In this document: piece by piece, positions 24,733 to 38,040 of the stretch
Numbering within the stretch: position 1 is the first letter of the stretch
Layout of the letters: every line of letters starts with the position of its first letter
Assembly: GCF_018350175.1 (NCBI RefSeq)
Contig: NC_058368.1
Coordinates: 55,926,001-55,990,000 of the forward strand
Length of the DNA: 64,000 nucleotides
Reading direction: 5' to 3'
From: Felis catus
Taxonomy: Eukaryota
Position numbers and translations under genes: made by a program
The notes under the pieces: model-generated
The model's input: only the letters and a program-made list of their open reading frames with translations
Told to the model about the DNA's origin: nothing
Databases searched by the model: none

Positions 24733-24738
<6 letters not shown>
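24518..24738 (+). mobile_element. Young felid CAN-SINE flanked by (AAAT)n on both sides
   Basis: CpG-intact SINEC_Fc-type body. Confidence 0.97.
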
Positions 24739-24777
<39 letters not shown>

Positions 24778-25369
24778 ATTCTTTCTGAGAAGGAAAGGAA
24801 AAGATGTTTACTGTCTCTGAATGTAAGCAAGTGGTTCTGGGGATGGGTCTTTAAATCTGTTCAGAGCAATTCACTGTCTCTAATTTCCAAGGTGTCTTTA
24901 CCATTCAATCATCCATTAATCCAGGTTGTTAGTACACTTCTCAGAGAGCTCAGATCTTGCAGAAATGTGAAAATATTTATGGAGTGTGGTTTTTCCAACA
25001 AATAAATAGTACCAAAGAGGTTCAAAATATGGACTATACACGAAGTGAATTTACAAAATTTCAAATCTTATGAAATTATTCTCAAAAGAAACATATGTAA
25101 CTGAGTTCATATTGTCCTTCACATACTGTATAGTTTTAATCTCTGAATAAGCTTCTATGTAAAAGTCAGTATTTACTAAGGCAAATAATTAAAATGTGTT
25201 CATTTGAAATATAATATATACAAAACTAAACAGCACAGCTGTTTAGAATTTAAGATAAATGTTTTTGGGGAAAATATTTTTATCATTGTTTAGAGTTATA
25301 GGCTACTGGTGATAATAAAAACAAAAACAAAAAACAGAGCAACTTCTTGTCAGTTTTACTACTGATCTT

Positions 25370-25620
25370 AATTTCTCTATGGACACTACACCTTGTTATT
25401 GCCTGAATCCAGGTTGGACTGCTCCCACTGTACAGTCCTTGCATGGCATGGAAATCAGGTATATTTACCCAAGCCAGTCTAGATTCATCCCATATGACCT
25501 CCAGGTGCATGAACAAACTCAGCCTATAAATAGACACACCTAGCTGAGACAGATCTGTGAGGATAATTTAATTAGCTATGATTTAGGTGGTGTAGTATGC
25601 AGCAAAAGCTGACTGATACA
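25370..25620 (+). mobile_element. MaLR (MLT1-type) LTR 3' fragment
   Basis: terminal tatgcagcaaaagctgactgataca. Confidence 0.65.
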
Positions 25621-26994
25621 AACATTTAGAAAGAAAATTAGTGTAGATTTAGGCATTTTGTGTTTGAACTCCCACAATGAATATATCTCAACCACAGGTA
25701 GATATAAGACTAAAAGTCTGATGAAAACTCTGTATTACTAGGCAATGGGAACCCTGAATTTATATGGGAGGGTTGGGCGGGATTAAAGGTAGAACTCTAA
25801 CAGATACCAACATTATGTAGAGGAATATAGGGATGAAAAGGAATCTACATGGAGAAAGAGAAGGAATAGTAAATAACATGAAATGAAAAATGAACATAAT
25901 GCATCAAATGAGAAAAAAAAGCTTCATTTAGAATTTATCTTTTGACACCTTGTAGAATTTATTAGTTCCTAATTTGGAATTATTACTATACTAGCATTTT
26001 AACAGATAATTGCTCTTTTTTCACATATATACTACTTTTTCTTGTAATTTTTAATACTCATAAAAATATATGAGTTTATGATGTATAGTAAGAAATCAGT
26101 ATTAGAGTGATTTAATGAATGACCACATAAGTGAATAATTACATATATATGCAAATAAGTGCCTACAAGCTTACCTGTGTAATAAATTCATTGGATTTAA
26201 GAGATAGTATCCCTTACAAAGCCATTTATTAGAAAATAAATTAAAATTGTTTATTATGATTATATTGTTAATGTTCTCAGATTTTAGTTCCATAGTGTTT
26301 AACTATGGTAACTGCACTGAAAAACAGATTTAAAAGAGATGAAAATAAATGAGATAAAATTTGAAAGAAAACAAATACCTCTTACGACAAATAAATAGCT
26401 ACAGTAGCCAACTTTTTTTAAAACACAGGAAAGTATTCATATTATAGTTTATCTCTTAGATAATTTCAACATGATTTCATTTTAATTTATCATTTACATT
26501 TTTAGTATATTATTCAAAGTATTAATCAGAGTACCTGCACCAGATTACAAATTGCTGATGACTTATATTTCCTTTTCTTTAAAGGATTAAAAACACAGTT
26601 GCTTAAATACACATTGATTGCAGCAATATTAAAATAACACTTAAATGTCATTTACAGCTTATAGAAATAGATTACAGATAAATAAGGCAATGTTGTTTAT
26701 TAGCTCATAGGAATACTTCATGGAATTCTCTTATGTAATTTTTTCAAGTATATTCATAGATATTTAATTGGATGAGAATGAACATGGTTTTAATTTTGAC
26801 TGTATGGCTATATTCGCAGGATATTACTACCCACCCTGAAGTCTTTAAAAAAATAGTAGATTTCACAAAGCAAATGAGCATAGTAGGTTATTCAGTTGGA
26901 GGGTTCAGTTCCACTGTTAATAATAAAATTCAAAAGCCAAAAATATTCCTATATAAAGCAAGGATGATTTATTTTCTAATATATATAAAATGCA

Positions 26995-27110
26995 GATACT
27001 AAGTACTTTATGTGAATTATGTCATTTTTCTTAATGAAACCCCATGAAATAAGAACTTATATCCCAGTCTTATAGATACCAAAGACTTTCTGATTATAAT
27101 CATTTAATCA
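26995..27110 (-). mobile_element. MIR fragment
   Basis: tactttatgtgaattatgtcattt...ccccatgaaataag...atcccagtcttatagat. Confidence 0.55.
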
Positions 27111-27887
27111 TTGCACTGTATCATAATGAGAGGTCAAAGAGTTTATGAGTATGTATCATAATAGCAGTAATGGTAATTCCTTGTTTTGATATGCATTTTA
27201 CTACCTTCTCCAGGGAGAGATTAATATAAATCAATGGGACAACCTAGAAGTTAATGTGAAAAATAATAGAGACAAAAAATAAGTTAAGTGAACTTTACAA
27301 TGCACTGAGACTATATAATGTTTTACTCTCTGATTCTGTTGTTTACATCCATAATGTTTTAAATAAAATTTTAAAATATGTAGTTTAAAAACCACGAAAT
27401 ATGTCTGATTTTCTAATTATAGAGAATTACATTTAATGCATTAATTTCAAGCCAGAGTAGAATTTTTAAAGATGTATATGACAGAATCAAGGGAAGACTT
27501 AAAGAAACACATTATAGAGTGAGTTTTCAAGAAAATTCCCAGGACACACTGTTAGAACGATGCTACAGAGGTAGTAATTCCTTTTTAAATCTTTATAAAG
27601 ATATATAATTTAAATACTATATAATTAACTCATTTACAGTATAAATTCTGTTTTCAAATATGTACATGTAGTCGACAGTCATCACCACATTACCATTAGC
27701 AGCCATTCCTTGTCCCTATCCCCTCAAACCCTAGCCATAGGAAACCATTGATGTACTTTCTGTCCCTACAGATTTGCATATTCTGAACATTTTATATGAA
27801 AGAAATGTTATGGTGGTCTTTGTGTCTGGTTTCTTTCATTGAGCATAATTATTATTAGGTCCATCTATGTTGTAGCACATATGGTTA

Positions 27888-28354
27888 TGTTACAGGACCC
27901 CCAAGACCAAATTCTTGAGCCCCAATGTAATAAAAAATGAATGCTGAACTCAAGAAAAACAAAACAGGCAGAGTTTATCAGGGGTAGCTTGCATATGAGG
28001 AAGCTGACAAGAAGGAATGTTGCTCCAAGAAGGGGTAACGTGCAAGACTTAATAAGGCACTTTTTCCCAAAGGGTGAGGGGACAGGGAGAGTCCACAGTT
28101 ATTATCTTATGGTCCTTACTTTTTAGTAGACACAAGACTGTCATAGGATGCCTTTTTTCATGGTTGATATTCTTTAAATTATTAATTCTGTTTTTGCCCA
28201 AACAACCATTACTCCTTGATGCCTGTTACATCTTCTTTGTTCTCTTGCCCAGAAGGAGGGATTCATCTCTAAGTATATGGAAACTTTTAACACTTTCCTG
28301 AGACCAGTGGTTTTTCAGGAGTTAAGTCCCTCTTGCCTTCCCTATACTGTCTCA
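27888..28354 (-). mobile_element. Carnivore ERV1-type solo LTR inserted in L1
   Basis: TG...CA termini, near-TSD gtta/ttta; L1 sequence resumes directly after. Confidence 0.75.
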
Positions 28355-29405
28355 TTTACATTATCTCTTTTCATTTCTGAATAATATCCCACTGGATAGA
28401 ACATTTTGTTTATTCATTCATCAGTGGATAGGCATCTGGGTGGTTTCTACCTTTTGGCTATTATAAATAATGCTGTTATGAATATTGGTGTACAAGTTTT
28501 TACATGGATATATATTACTAATACTCTTAATATGTATCTCAAGAGTTGGATTGCTGGGTCACATGATGACTGTGTTTACCTTTTTAGAGGAATGGCCAAA
28601 TGTTTTGTAAAGCAGCTGCATACTTTTCCATTCCCGCCAGTGGTGTATGAAGGTTCCAGTTTCTCCACATCCTCACCAATACTTGTTGTTACCTGTTTTT
28701 TTTTTTGTTTTGTTTTGATTTTATATTAATTATCCAGTCTCATTTTTGCGATTGATTTACATTTCACAGATTGCTAATGTTGTTGAGCATCTTGACATGT
28801 TTATTGGCCATTTGTATATTGTCTTTGAAAAAATGGCCATTCATATTTTTTGCTTTTTTTTTGAACTGGCTCTTTTTAGTTTTAAATTGTAAATGTCTTT
28901 TGTACAATTTTAATGTTAGTCTATTAGACACAAGATGTACAGATATTTTCTTCCACTCAGTGAGTTTTATTTAATTTCTTGATAGTGTCCTTCCAAGTAA
29001 ATTAAAAAAAAATTAATATAGTTTTGTGTAGTTTTTCCTTTTGTTGCTTATGCTTTTGAGTTCTATCAAGATAAATTGCCTACATCAAAGCCACAAAGTA
29101 TAGTATCTAATTTTTTCTAAGAGTTTTGTAGTTTTAGCTCTTACCTTTAGGCATTGTTTTGAGTTAATTTTTATATTTGATATGACACAGAAGTCCAAGT
29201 TTGTCTATTTACATGTGGCTGTCCATAGCACCATTTGCTGAAAAGACTATTTCCATTTCCTTTAAGTTGTGTAGCACTCTTGTGGCAGTAAATTTATCAT
29301 AAATGTAAGGTGCATTTCCTGACCAAGACTTCTATTCCACTGATCCATAAGTTAATTTTCATGGCTGCATCACTCTGTCTTGAATTCCGTAGTTTTGTAG
29401 TAAGT

Positions 29406-29645
29406 TTTTTTAAATGTTTATTTATTTTTGAGACGGGGGGAGAGAGAGAGAGACAGAGAGCATACACACAAGTGGGGGAGGAGCAGAGAAAAAGAGAGAA
29501 GGAGACACAGAATCAGAAGCAGGTTCCAGGCTCTGAGCTGTCAGCACAGGGCCTGACATGGGGCTTGGACTCACAAATTGTGAGACCGTGACCTGAATCG
29601 AAACTAAGAGTCAGAGGCCTAACCAACTGAGCCACCCAGGTGCCC
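29406..29645 (-). mobile_element. CAN-SINE inside L1
   Basis: antisense SINEC; TSD taagtttt. Confidence 0.95.
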
Positions 29646-30276
29646 TAAAATAAGTTTTAAATTAAGAAGTTTGAGAACTTCAACTTTGTTCTTCTTTTTG
29701 AAAATTGTTATGGCTCTTGTCAATTTCTACAAAAAAGCCAGATGGGATTTTATAGGGACTGTGTTAAATGTGTAAATCAATTTGGGAGTATTGCCACTTA
29801 AAAATATTACGTCTTCTGATCCATGAATATGCAATGACTTTTCCATTATTTATAACTTTTAAAAATTGTTTCAACAGTTTTAGTTTACTAATGATAAGTT
29901 TTTTCTTTTTGATTAATTTATTATAAGTATTATGTTATTTTTGATGCTATTAGCCATTACCTTTTACACCATTAGGAAGCTTCAGAACTCCACTACCTCT
30001 ATAACATTAAAAATAAAATTGCCACCAAAAACAAAAACAAAAATAAAAACAAAAAAGAACTGTTGTTACTCATGGCTTTAGAAATACATCATATCTGCTA
30101 TGTGCTGCATGATTAAAATGGATGCCCCATGCTCTAGTTGCAAGCAGAAAAAGAAGCAGCACCATGTCCTAATGTATGCTTCCTTCTGTCTTTCCAATAT
30201 GGTTGAACAATGCAGATCATATCTGCAACCATAACTGCAAAGGAATCAATGGAATGTATGTGTATGCAAGGGTATG

Positions 30277-30319
30277 CATACATACATACATACATACATA
30301 CATACATACATACATACAT
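30277..30319. repeat. (CATA)n
   Basis: direct reading. Confidence 0.96.
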
Positions 30320-30411
30320 TTTTTTTCTTTTTACTTTTTAGTCTCGGAAATAGAATAAAGCATACTACAAGTGGGTTCTTTAAGCTGTAGCATCTAAAAA
30401 ATTAATGATCT

Positions 30412-30640
30412 GGGGCGCCTGGGTGGCTCAGTCGGTAAAAGCGGCCGACTTCGGCTCAGGTCATGATCTCACAGTCCATGAGTTCAAGCCCCGCGTCGGG
30501 CTCTGTGCTGACCGCTCAGAGCCTGGGTCTGTTTCAGATTCTGTGTCTCCCTCTCTCTGACCCTCCCCCGTTCATGCTCTGTCTCTCTCTGTCTCAAAAA
30601 TAAATAAACGTTAAAAAAAAATTTAAAAAAAATAAATAAG
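30412..30640 (+). mobile_element. CAN-SINE
   Basis: TSD aaattaatgatc on both sides. Confidence 0.96.
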
Positions 30641-31037
30641 AAATTAATGATCACAGCACATACCCAAAATTAAATACAAAGAACTGAATAGCATGGTATA
30701 TACAATGGAAAACATTAAAGCTTATTATGTGAAGTAAGAGGAAGTTTCCTAACAATTTGGTTTTATATGTGTCTGTGTGTGTCTTGAATTGCTATGTAAA
30801 ATGTACTATCATAATGGGTTGTAGTAGAAAAATTTGAAAATAAACCTGCACAAGGAGAATGTGGAATGAAAGTTATATATTAATATACCATGTTCAACAC
30901 AGGAAAATATAGTGTTAAATAACTTCATATCAATGATTACCTAAATACTTTTTTATTCAAGTAAAAGTTGCCAATTAGTTTTCAAAATTAAAACCAAGTA
31001 AGTGGATTAAAACATTAGGTAAGGCAAGATACAGGAT

Positions 31038-31038
31038 G

Positions 31039-31090
<52 letters not shown>
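31038..31090. repeat. (GATA)n tetranucleotide STR
   Basis: direct reading. Confidence 0.97.
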
Positions 31091-31789
31091 TGTTTATATA
31101 TAGATGTTGGTATAGTTGTTTATATATGATTGTCAGAGTTTCTGAGATAGTGTTTGCAAGTGATAAAGAGCTTAAATAAATGTTATAATGAAAATGCTGA
31201 TTTAGAAGAACTCAGATGATAGCATTAGAAGCTTCTTAAAAGACAGCAATTTGCCTGTATAAATTATACTTACAGTATGTATAAGCTACCTTATGTTTAG
31301 GGTTACTATAGTTTAAAACAGATTTCAAAAAGGAATACTGTACAAGAAAGCAAAGGTGTTCCACTACATCTCTTTCTTAACTGACGTTATTTATCACAAT
31401 TTGAAGTGCATTTACTATTGTCTCCATTGCTGTCCAATTATTTTTAATTGGTTTAAAATTCAGTGTTCTATCCTACAATTCAATAATTTGAATTATTTTT
31501 TGCAATTGTTTTTTATAGTCAAAACTCTCAATAAAAGCTCATGGTAAACTTAAGAGAAAGTAATTTCAGCACAATAAATACTAATCTAGTTCTGGCAAGT
31601 CAACAAATGTTCAAAGAGATTATGCAGCAAATTCACTAAGTAAGATAGAGGACTAAAAGCAAGTGGGCTTCTGAATAGGAGCATTATAATTTCTTTCCTT
31701 TATGCCAGTTAAACCTGGCTAATTTAAGGCAAATATTTCCTTTGCTTGTCAGCATAGCTCTTTATTTTATATCATGCTTCTACTTATTA

Positions 31790-31925
31790 TAGAGCATAGT
31801 AGTTCCTGGCATAGACACTGAACTTCTGTCTTCAAACCCGACTCAATCTGTCATTACTGTTTAATCTCACTCAGGTTACATAACTTGCCTCTACTTCATT
31901 TAAAAAAAATTATGTGGAAAATAAT
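31790..31925 (+). mobile_element. MIR fragment
   Basis: ttcaaacccgactc...cattact...ggttacataacttgcctct. Confidence 0.5.
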
Positions 31926-31956
31926 TTAGTTTGATAAAGGAACAAAAGGGTAGTCT

Positions 31957-32405
31957 TGTTGGAATCTAGGACTGAGAATTTAATGTAAGCCACAACTTAC
32001 AAAATGAACTGCACTGTTTTTCACAAAATGGAAAACCTATGCCAAACCAAACTGATCAGACTAAGCCAAAATGCCTTTAATGTCAGTTTGTATGGACCCA
32101 CATTCTCTAAGATAAGAGCATATACAGGCTTAAATTAGTAACTCTGCACAGAGTTATGTGTTCTAAAATAAGGCTACTGATTATTCCAGCAATTCATGTA
32201 GTTTGCACTTTGGATCAATACTTGCCGATATCATCCTCTGACTATAGCTTTCAAAATGCAGTAACTCTGTTCTCTAATTTCCTGCTTTTGAGATGCCCCA
32301 TACTTCTTATGCTGTTTATTCTCCTTGGCTACAACATATTAATAAACCTAACTTTGTGTGACTACAGATGTGTTCATAGCAGTCTTTAGCTGGTAAACTT
32401 AGCTG
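31957..32405 (+). mobile_element. Old ERV1 solo LTR (MER92-like)
   Basis: starts TGTT; aataaacctaactttgtgtgactacagatgtgttc...gtctttagctgg 3' end. Confidence 0.6.
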
Positions 32406-32409
32406 TCTT

Positions 32410-32500
32410 TTTTGGTTTCTTCATCTGTAAATGAAGGATTCAATATTTTCATATAAATGATTGTAAGGATGGGTTGAAATGATACATTTATGTTATTCTT
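32410..32500 (+). mobile_element. MIR fragment
   Basis: gtttcttcatctgtaaatg core. Confidence 0.6.
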
Positions 32501-34112
32501 AAATGAACACTTTGTGTTTCCTTTTATTCTCTACTTTTTATTATTTATATTCTCTCAATTTATCTTTTCTCAAAGCATGTTCTGAATAATTCCATGACAA
32601 AAATACATTAACACCCCAGAGATAAGTACCAGAGTTAAACCAGTAAGATTGCATGCAAAATTATTTCCTTCATCTTAAATACAATTTAGAAAACTTTCAT
32701 TCTTTTAACGTTCAATTAAACCAAAGCGAAAAAACATAGCTGAAAAATAATGACAAACTTAAGCCCTAATTCCTGTGTTAACTTCTACGGTTTGTTACAC
32801 TCTACTCTGTGCTGTGGAGTGACTATTTCCTGGAAAATGAAGGAAAATTAAACATTTTGTTAATTCTTCTGTTTCTGTTTGTCACTTGACCAAGAGGCAG
32901 AACTTCCTACCGGTTTCAACAAGTCAATTTCTATAATTTCAGTGGACTTTATCAAAACTTATTATTTCTCCTTTTCCATATTGATGCTATTGTTTTTGAG
33001 ATCTTAGAAAGGATAAGTGCTCTCTATGGATTATCCCTTAAAATACTTATATAGATATTATGAATTTAAAATTATATGTCTCAGAAAAAAATAGTTTTTT
33101 GCCCAATATCCATATCAAATCATGGAACTGTGATGATCCATTCATGACTCTTTTATGACTCTTCTCTGGGATGAAGCAGATCAAACCCCAGCTGAACCAT
33201 AACTCCGCACACACACAATTGCATACTTGATGTTTCAGTTTGAAGATCCTCTGCATAAATTAGGTTTAGAATACTTCATCTTCTTTCATGTAAATGGGTT
33301 CTTTCTCTTCATTTTCCTTACTAGTATACCATACACACCTATTTACTATTCAACTTGAAAAATTAGAAATTTTGGAGAACTATGGTAAATTATATTTAAA
33401 TCCTTTAAAATGACTTTCTTGATTGTCAAAAAATTTAAATTTTAATATTTGAGACTTGAGTGTGGCAAATGTTGTAACTTCCTTGTTGTTTAAAAATATT
33501 TTGAAGCTTCAGCTCTTATTTTCCTCTTCTGTATCAACAAAAATAAAAGAAATAATATGAAATTAGAACCACAAAAGTTGCTAATTGTTAGAATAGACAT
33601 GCATATACACAAATTCAAACGTGAAGATAAACTTATTTACAAAGTAAGTGCATGCAGCATTATTAAGGTAGTTTACTTATAAAACATTAAAAACAAATAC
33701 ACATTATGTGGTCATGCAGTTTGTTGAAGGAAAATAGGCACACATATACCACAACACTAAGCTATTGATACCATAACGTCAGAGAATGAGTGTGTAAGAG
33801 CACATGTACCTAGCTATTCAGAGTTTCAGAATTGCTCCTGTATATACAGGAAATAACTTTCTATGGCCTTCAGAGGTTCAGCTACCAAAGGGGGAAGAAG
33901 AATTGAAAAAAGCTTTCAATGAGCAGACCTTACATTCATCAAAGAAGCATGGAAAACAATAAAACACTGACACAGACCCTTTCCATCAGGGGAACCAGGG
34001 GCTTTAAAAGGCTACTCCTCTCAGTCTCCCCACCCCCTGCAAAGAGAGAAATCTGTAGACATATATATACAAGAAAACATTAGACTTATGCTGATCTTAA
34101 AAACTATGGGGG

Positions 34113-35405
34113 ACTCCTAGAAGGTAACATAGGAGAAAACCTAGATGACCTCGGGTGTGACCATAAATATTTAGATATAACACCAAAAGTATGATTCATG
34201 AAAAAGAAAAAAAATGTATAATCTGGACATCCTTAAAATTAAAAACTCCTGCTCTGTGGAAGACAGCGGTAAGGGAAAGAAGATAAGCCACACACTGGCA
34301 GAAAATATTTGCAGAAGGCACAATCGATTTAAAAAACAAAACAGACAAAAGCAAAAAAATTATCCAAAGTAGACAAAGAATTTTTAAAACTCAAATAAGA
34401 TAATAACTTTATTAACAAATGGTCCAAAGACCTTAACAGACACCTCACAAGAAAAGATATAAAGATGGCAAATAAGCATATGAAAAGATGATTGGCATCT
34501 TATGTCATTAAAGAAATGAAAATTAAAACAACAGTGAAAGACTACTACACACCTATGGCCAAAATCCAGACACTAACAACAATAAATGTTGGTGAATATG
34601 TGGAGCAAGAGGAACTCTCATTCAATGCTGGTAGGAATGCATATGGTGGAGACTTTGGAAGGCAGTTTGTGGGTTCTTACTCACCTAAACATACTTACAC
34701 ATAGAACCCAGCAATCACACTTCTTGGTATTTACCCAAACGAGTAAAGACTCATGGCCACATAAAAACCCGTACACAAATGTTTATAACAGCTTCATTCA
34801 TAATTGCCGAAACTTTGAGATCAACCAAGATATCCTTTATTTGGTGAATGCATAAATAAACCTTGGTACATTCAGACGATGGAATATTATCCAGTGCTTA
34901 ATAAATGAGTTATCAAGCCCTGAAAAGACATGAAGGGAACTTAAATGCACATTACTGAGTGAAAACAGCCAATCTGAAAAAGATTACATTCTATATGATT
35001 CCAGCTATGGAGCATTCTTATTCTGCAAAAGGGAAAACTATGGAGACTATAAAAATATCAGTGTGGGGTGGGATGAAAAAGCAGAGCACAGAGAAATTTT
35101 AGGGCAATGAAATATTCTGTATGATACTCTAATAATGGATACATGTCATTATGAATTTTTCAGATATGTAGCACATAGAGCACCAAGAGGACACCCTAAT
35201 GTAAACTATGGACTCTGGGTGATAATGATTGTTGGTGTAGGTTTATCTGTTGTAACAAATGCACCACCCTGATGGGGGCTGTAGATAGGGGGACAGGTAG
35301 GTTCTCCTTGTATTGGGACAGTGCATATATGGGAAATTTCTATATCTTCCTCTTAATTTTTCTGTGAATCTAAAAATGCTCTAAAATAAAGACTTTATTT
35401 ACAAA
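34113..35405 (+). mobile_element. L1MC-type element (ORF2 end and 3' UTR)
   Basis: ctcctagaaggtaacataggagaaaac...; ccctaatgtaaactatggactctggg; ends tgtgaatctaaaaatgctctaaaataaag. Confidence 0.9.
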
Positions 35406-35933
35406 ATCTTTTAGAGGAAGATCTTCACTTTTATATTCAAATGAAACTTTACTGACAAGAGAAACTGTTGTTTTGGTTAGTTAGTCTTACAATCTAGGTA
35501 ACTGACATCAATTTTAACTCTAGATTTGCTCATACTGCTATTTAAAATAACTTTAGTTAACTGAAAGAAAAGCCTTGGCTAATACAGTGTAGCAAATCCC
35601 TGGACAATACGATCTCCTGGAAGTCTGCTATTACAAAGCCTCAAAGGATTTCCTAAATTGAAGTGAAAGTAGGAAGGGACAAGAATGTGGAGCTTGTCAA
35701 ATTCCCACTTGGAGGAAAGGATCAATGTTTGTACAAATTGCTAAACTGTTCATGAGGGAGAAATTAATACTTCAACAAGTGCTCCCTTGCTAGGACATGG
35801 AAACAGTTTCATTTAATTCTCTGGGGATTCTTCTCCCATGGTAAATAAACAGAATACAGAATGAATCTTAATTGATCTCTGCTTCATGCAGTATAAAATT
35901 GGTCTCTGTATCCTAAAGCCAGACAGCTTTTGT

Positions 35934-36167
35934 TTTTTAAATTTTTAAAAAATATTTTTAACTTTTTAACGTTTATTTGTTTTTGAAAGACAAAGAGAGA
36001 GCATGAGCGGAGTGAGGCAGAGAGAGAGGGAGACACAGAATCTGAAGCAGGCTCCAGGCTCTGAGCTGTCAGCACAGAGCCCCACGTAGGGTTCAAACCC
36101 ATGAACTGTGAGATCATGACCTTAACTAAGGTCCGATGCTTAGCTGACTGAGCCATCCAGGAGCCCA
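35934..36167 (-). mobile_element. CAN-SINE
   Basis: TSD cagacagcttttgt / cagacaacttttgt. Confidence 0.95.
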
Positions 36168-36325
36168 CTGCAGACAACTTTTGTACGCAGATTGTGGAGA
36201 TAGTGGCTCCATCTTCACAGACCACAAACCATTGCCTTAGATGTAGCTAAAGACAATATTAACCTGAACAATGATAAAAGTTACTCTTAGCAACAATAGC
36301 AGCAACAAGAAATCACTGGTATAAA

Positions 36326-36545
36326 ATTTTATTAATGTTTATTTATTTTGAGAGAGAGTGAGAAAGAGAGATAAATAGAGTGTGTACTAACAGGGGAGGA
36401 GCAGAGAGGGAGAGATAGAATCCCAAGCAGGTTCTGAGCTGTCAGCACAGAGCCCTACACGAGGCTTGAACTCAGGAACCGTGAGATCATGACCAGAGCT
36501 AAAATGAAGTCCGACACTTAACTGACTGAGCCACTCAGGCACTCC
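36326..36545 (-). mobile_element. CAN-SINE
   Basis: TSD cactggtataaaatttt / cactagtatgtaatttt. Confidence 0.94.
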
Positions 36546-36688
36546 ACTAGTATGTAATTTTAAAGGAACATGTCTAGAGCTAACAATTCAGTTCATACTG
36601 CATAAAAATATAAAAATTGTTCAATTTTACTTAATGAGCAGTTTATACTGAGGATGCAGCCTGCTCCATTCATAAAGGGACACTACAA

Positions 36689-37491
36689 CAGTTGTTCTCA
36701 AAACTTTGGTCTCATAATACCTTTATATTTTAAAAAATTATTGGAAGTCCCAAAGCATGTTTTTTATATTGATAATATCATTTGCCATAACATAAATTAA
36801 AACTGGGAAATTTTAAATGCATTTATTTAGGTATTTAAAATAGCCATAATCAGCATACTCACAGGATAACATAAATATAATATTTTATGAAAATAATCAA
36901 GAGCATCAGTGAAAAAGTGGCATTGTTTACAATTCTGTGAATTTCTAATGTCTGTAATAAGGAGGTTGGATTCTCATATCTGTTTCTGCAGTCAATTTAT
37001 TACAATATGCTGTTTTGCTACAAATATATGAGGAAAATTAGCTTTGCACAGATAATATTTGAAAAATAAAAGAGTATTTAAATGATCTTTTCAGATAATC
37101 ATGAATATTGATACTCTACAAACACTCAAAAAGTAGTAGTCTCTGAAATTATATTAGCCAAGTGGCATCTTAAAAATATACCAGCAAACTTTTCAAACTT
37201 TATTAAGATTAAAATTTATCAGTTCATTTTGTACTTCCATGGGTCTTTCATCCAGGCATGATTTTGTAAAATTATGTTTTGATTATTTTGGAAATACTGG
37301 TTAATATTGCAGTTCTTCTAAATTTTGATACATTTTATAACATGGTATTAAAAATTCATATTTGTTGGGGCTCTTGGGTGGCTCAGTCAGTTAAGCATCT
37401 GACTCTTGAATTTGGCTCAGGTTATGATCTCATGGTTCATGAGTTTGAGCCCCACAGGACTCCGCACTGACAGTGTGGAGCCTGCTTGGGG

Positions 37492-37524
<33 letters not shown>

Positions 37525-38040
37525 TCCCTCTCCCCCAGTCTCTCACTCTGTCAGAATAAATAAAGAAACTTAAAAAAATTCACATTTGTTAATATCACTA
37601 ATCTCATCAGGAGAAGTAAGTACTGGGAAGCTCTCAAGCTCACAGTGGCAGACACAAGTTTCTAAAAATTCTAATTTTCAACTGAAAATGAAAATTTTGT
37701 TAATGGCAAAAAATGTTTTTTCACTGACATTACAAGTTCACTTCCAATAAAATGTATGCATATACTCACATCTGTGTAATCACTGTTTCACTGTCAGTGG
37801 TTCTTGCAAGGATAAAGTGGTATTCTATGATAAAAGTTATTTTATGCTTTACCTTAAGATAAGAATTATACTCCAGTAAGCAGCAGAAGTGCTTTTTGCA
37901 TACTATACACTTCATCATACTGAGGATTAAGCAATGTTTTCTCAAGGGTCTAGACTTAATAAAATTAATAATTTTTACTGCTTCATCAAAGATATTATTA
38001 AGCGAAGCTGCTGCACTATGCACAAAACCTTTCAATTAGC
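36689..38040 (-). mobile_element. Charlie1-family hAT DNA transposon remnant
   Basis: terminus cagttgttctcaaaactttggtctca; minus-strand translation DEAVKIINFIKSRPL is a Charlie/Buster transposase motif. Confidence 0.88.
37367..37574 (+). mobile_element. CAN-SINE inside Charlie1
   Basis: TSD aaaaattcatatttgtt / aaaaattcacatttgtt. Confidence 0.95.

Larger units (their letters stand above)
24200..25000 (-). mobile_element. MER90-like ERV1 LTR, interrupted by microsatellites and a SINE
   Basis: reverse complement starts TGTTGGAAAAACCACACTCCATAAATATTTTCACATTTCTGCA, resembling the recalled MER90/MER110 5' end. Confidence 0.65.
27580..29952 (-). mobile_element. L1MB-type element (3' UTR and ORF2 end), interrupted by an LTR and a SINE
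   Basis: continuous antisense L1 motifs (ttcattcatcagtggataggcat, ttgagcatctt, gcaccatttgctgaaaagact). Confidence 0.9.

Noticed and set aside
37766..38035. ORF resembling domesticated Buster/Charlie transposase genes (ZBED5/SCAND3-like motif)
   Set aside because: Only a short motif survives in a frameshifted, SINE-interrupted Charlie1 remnant
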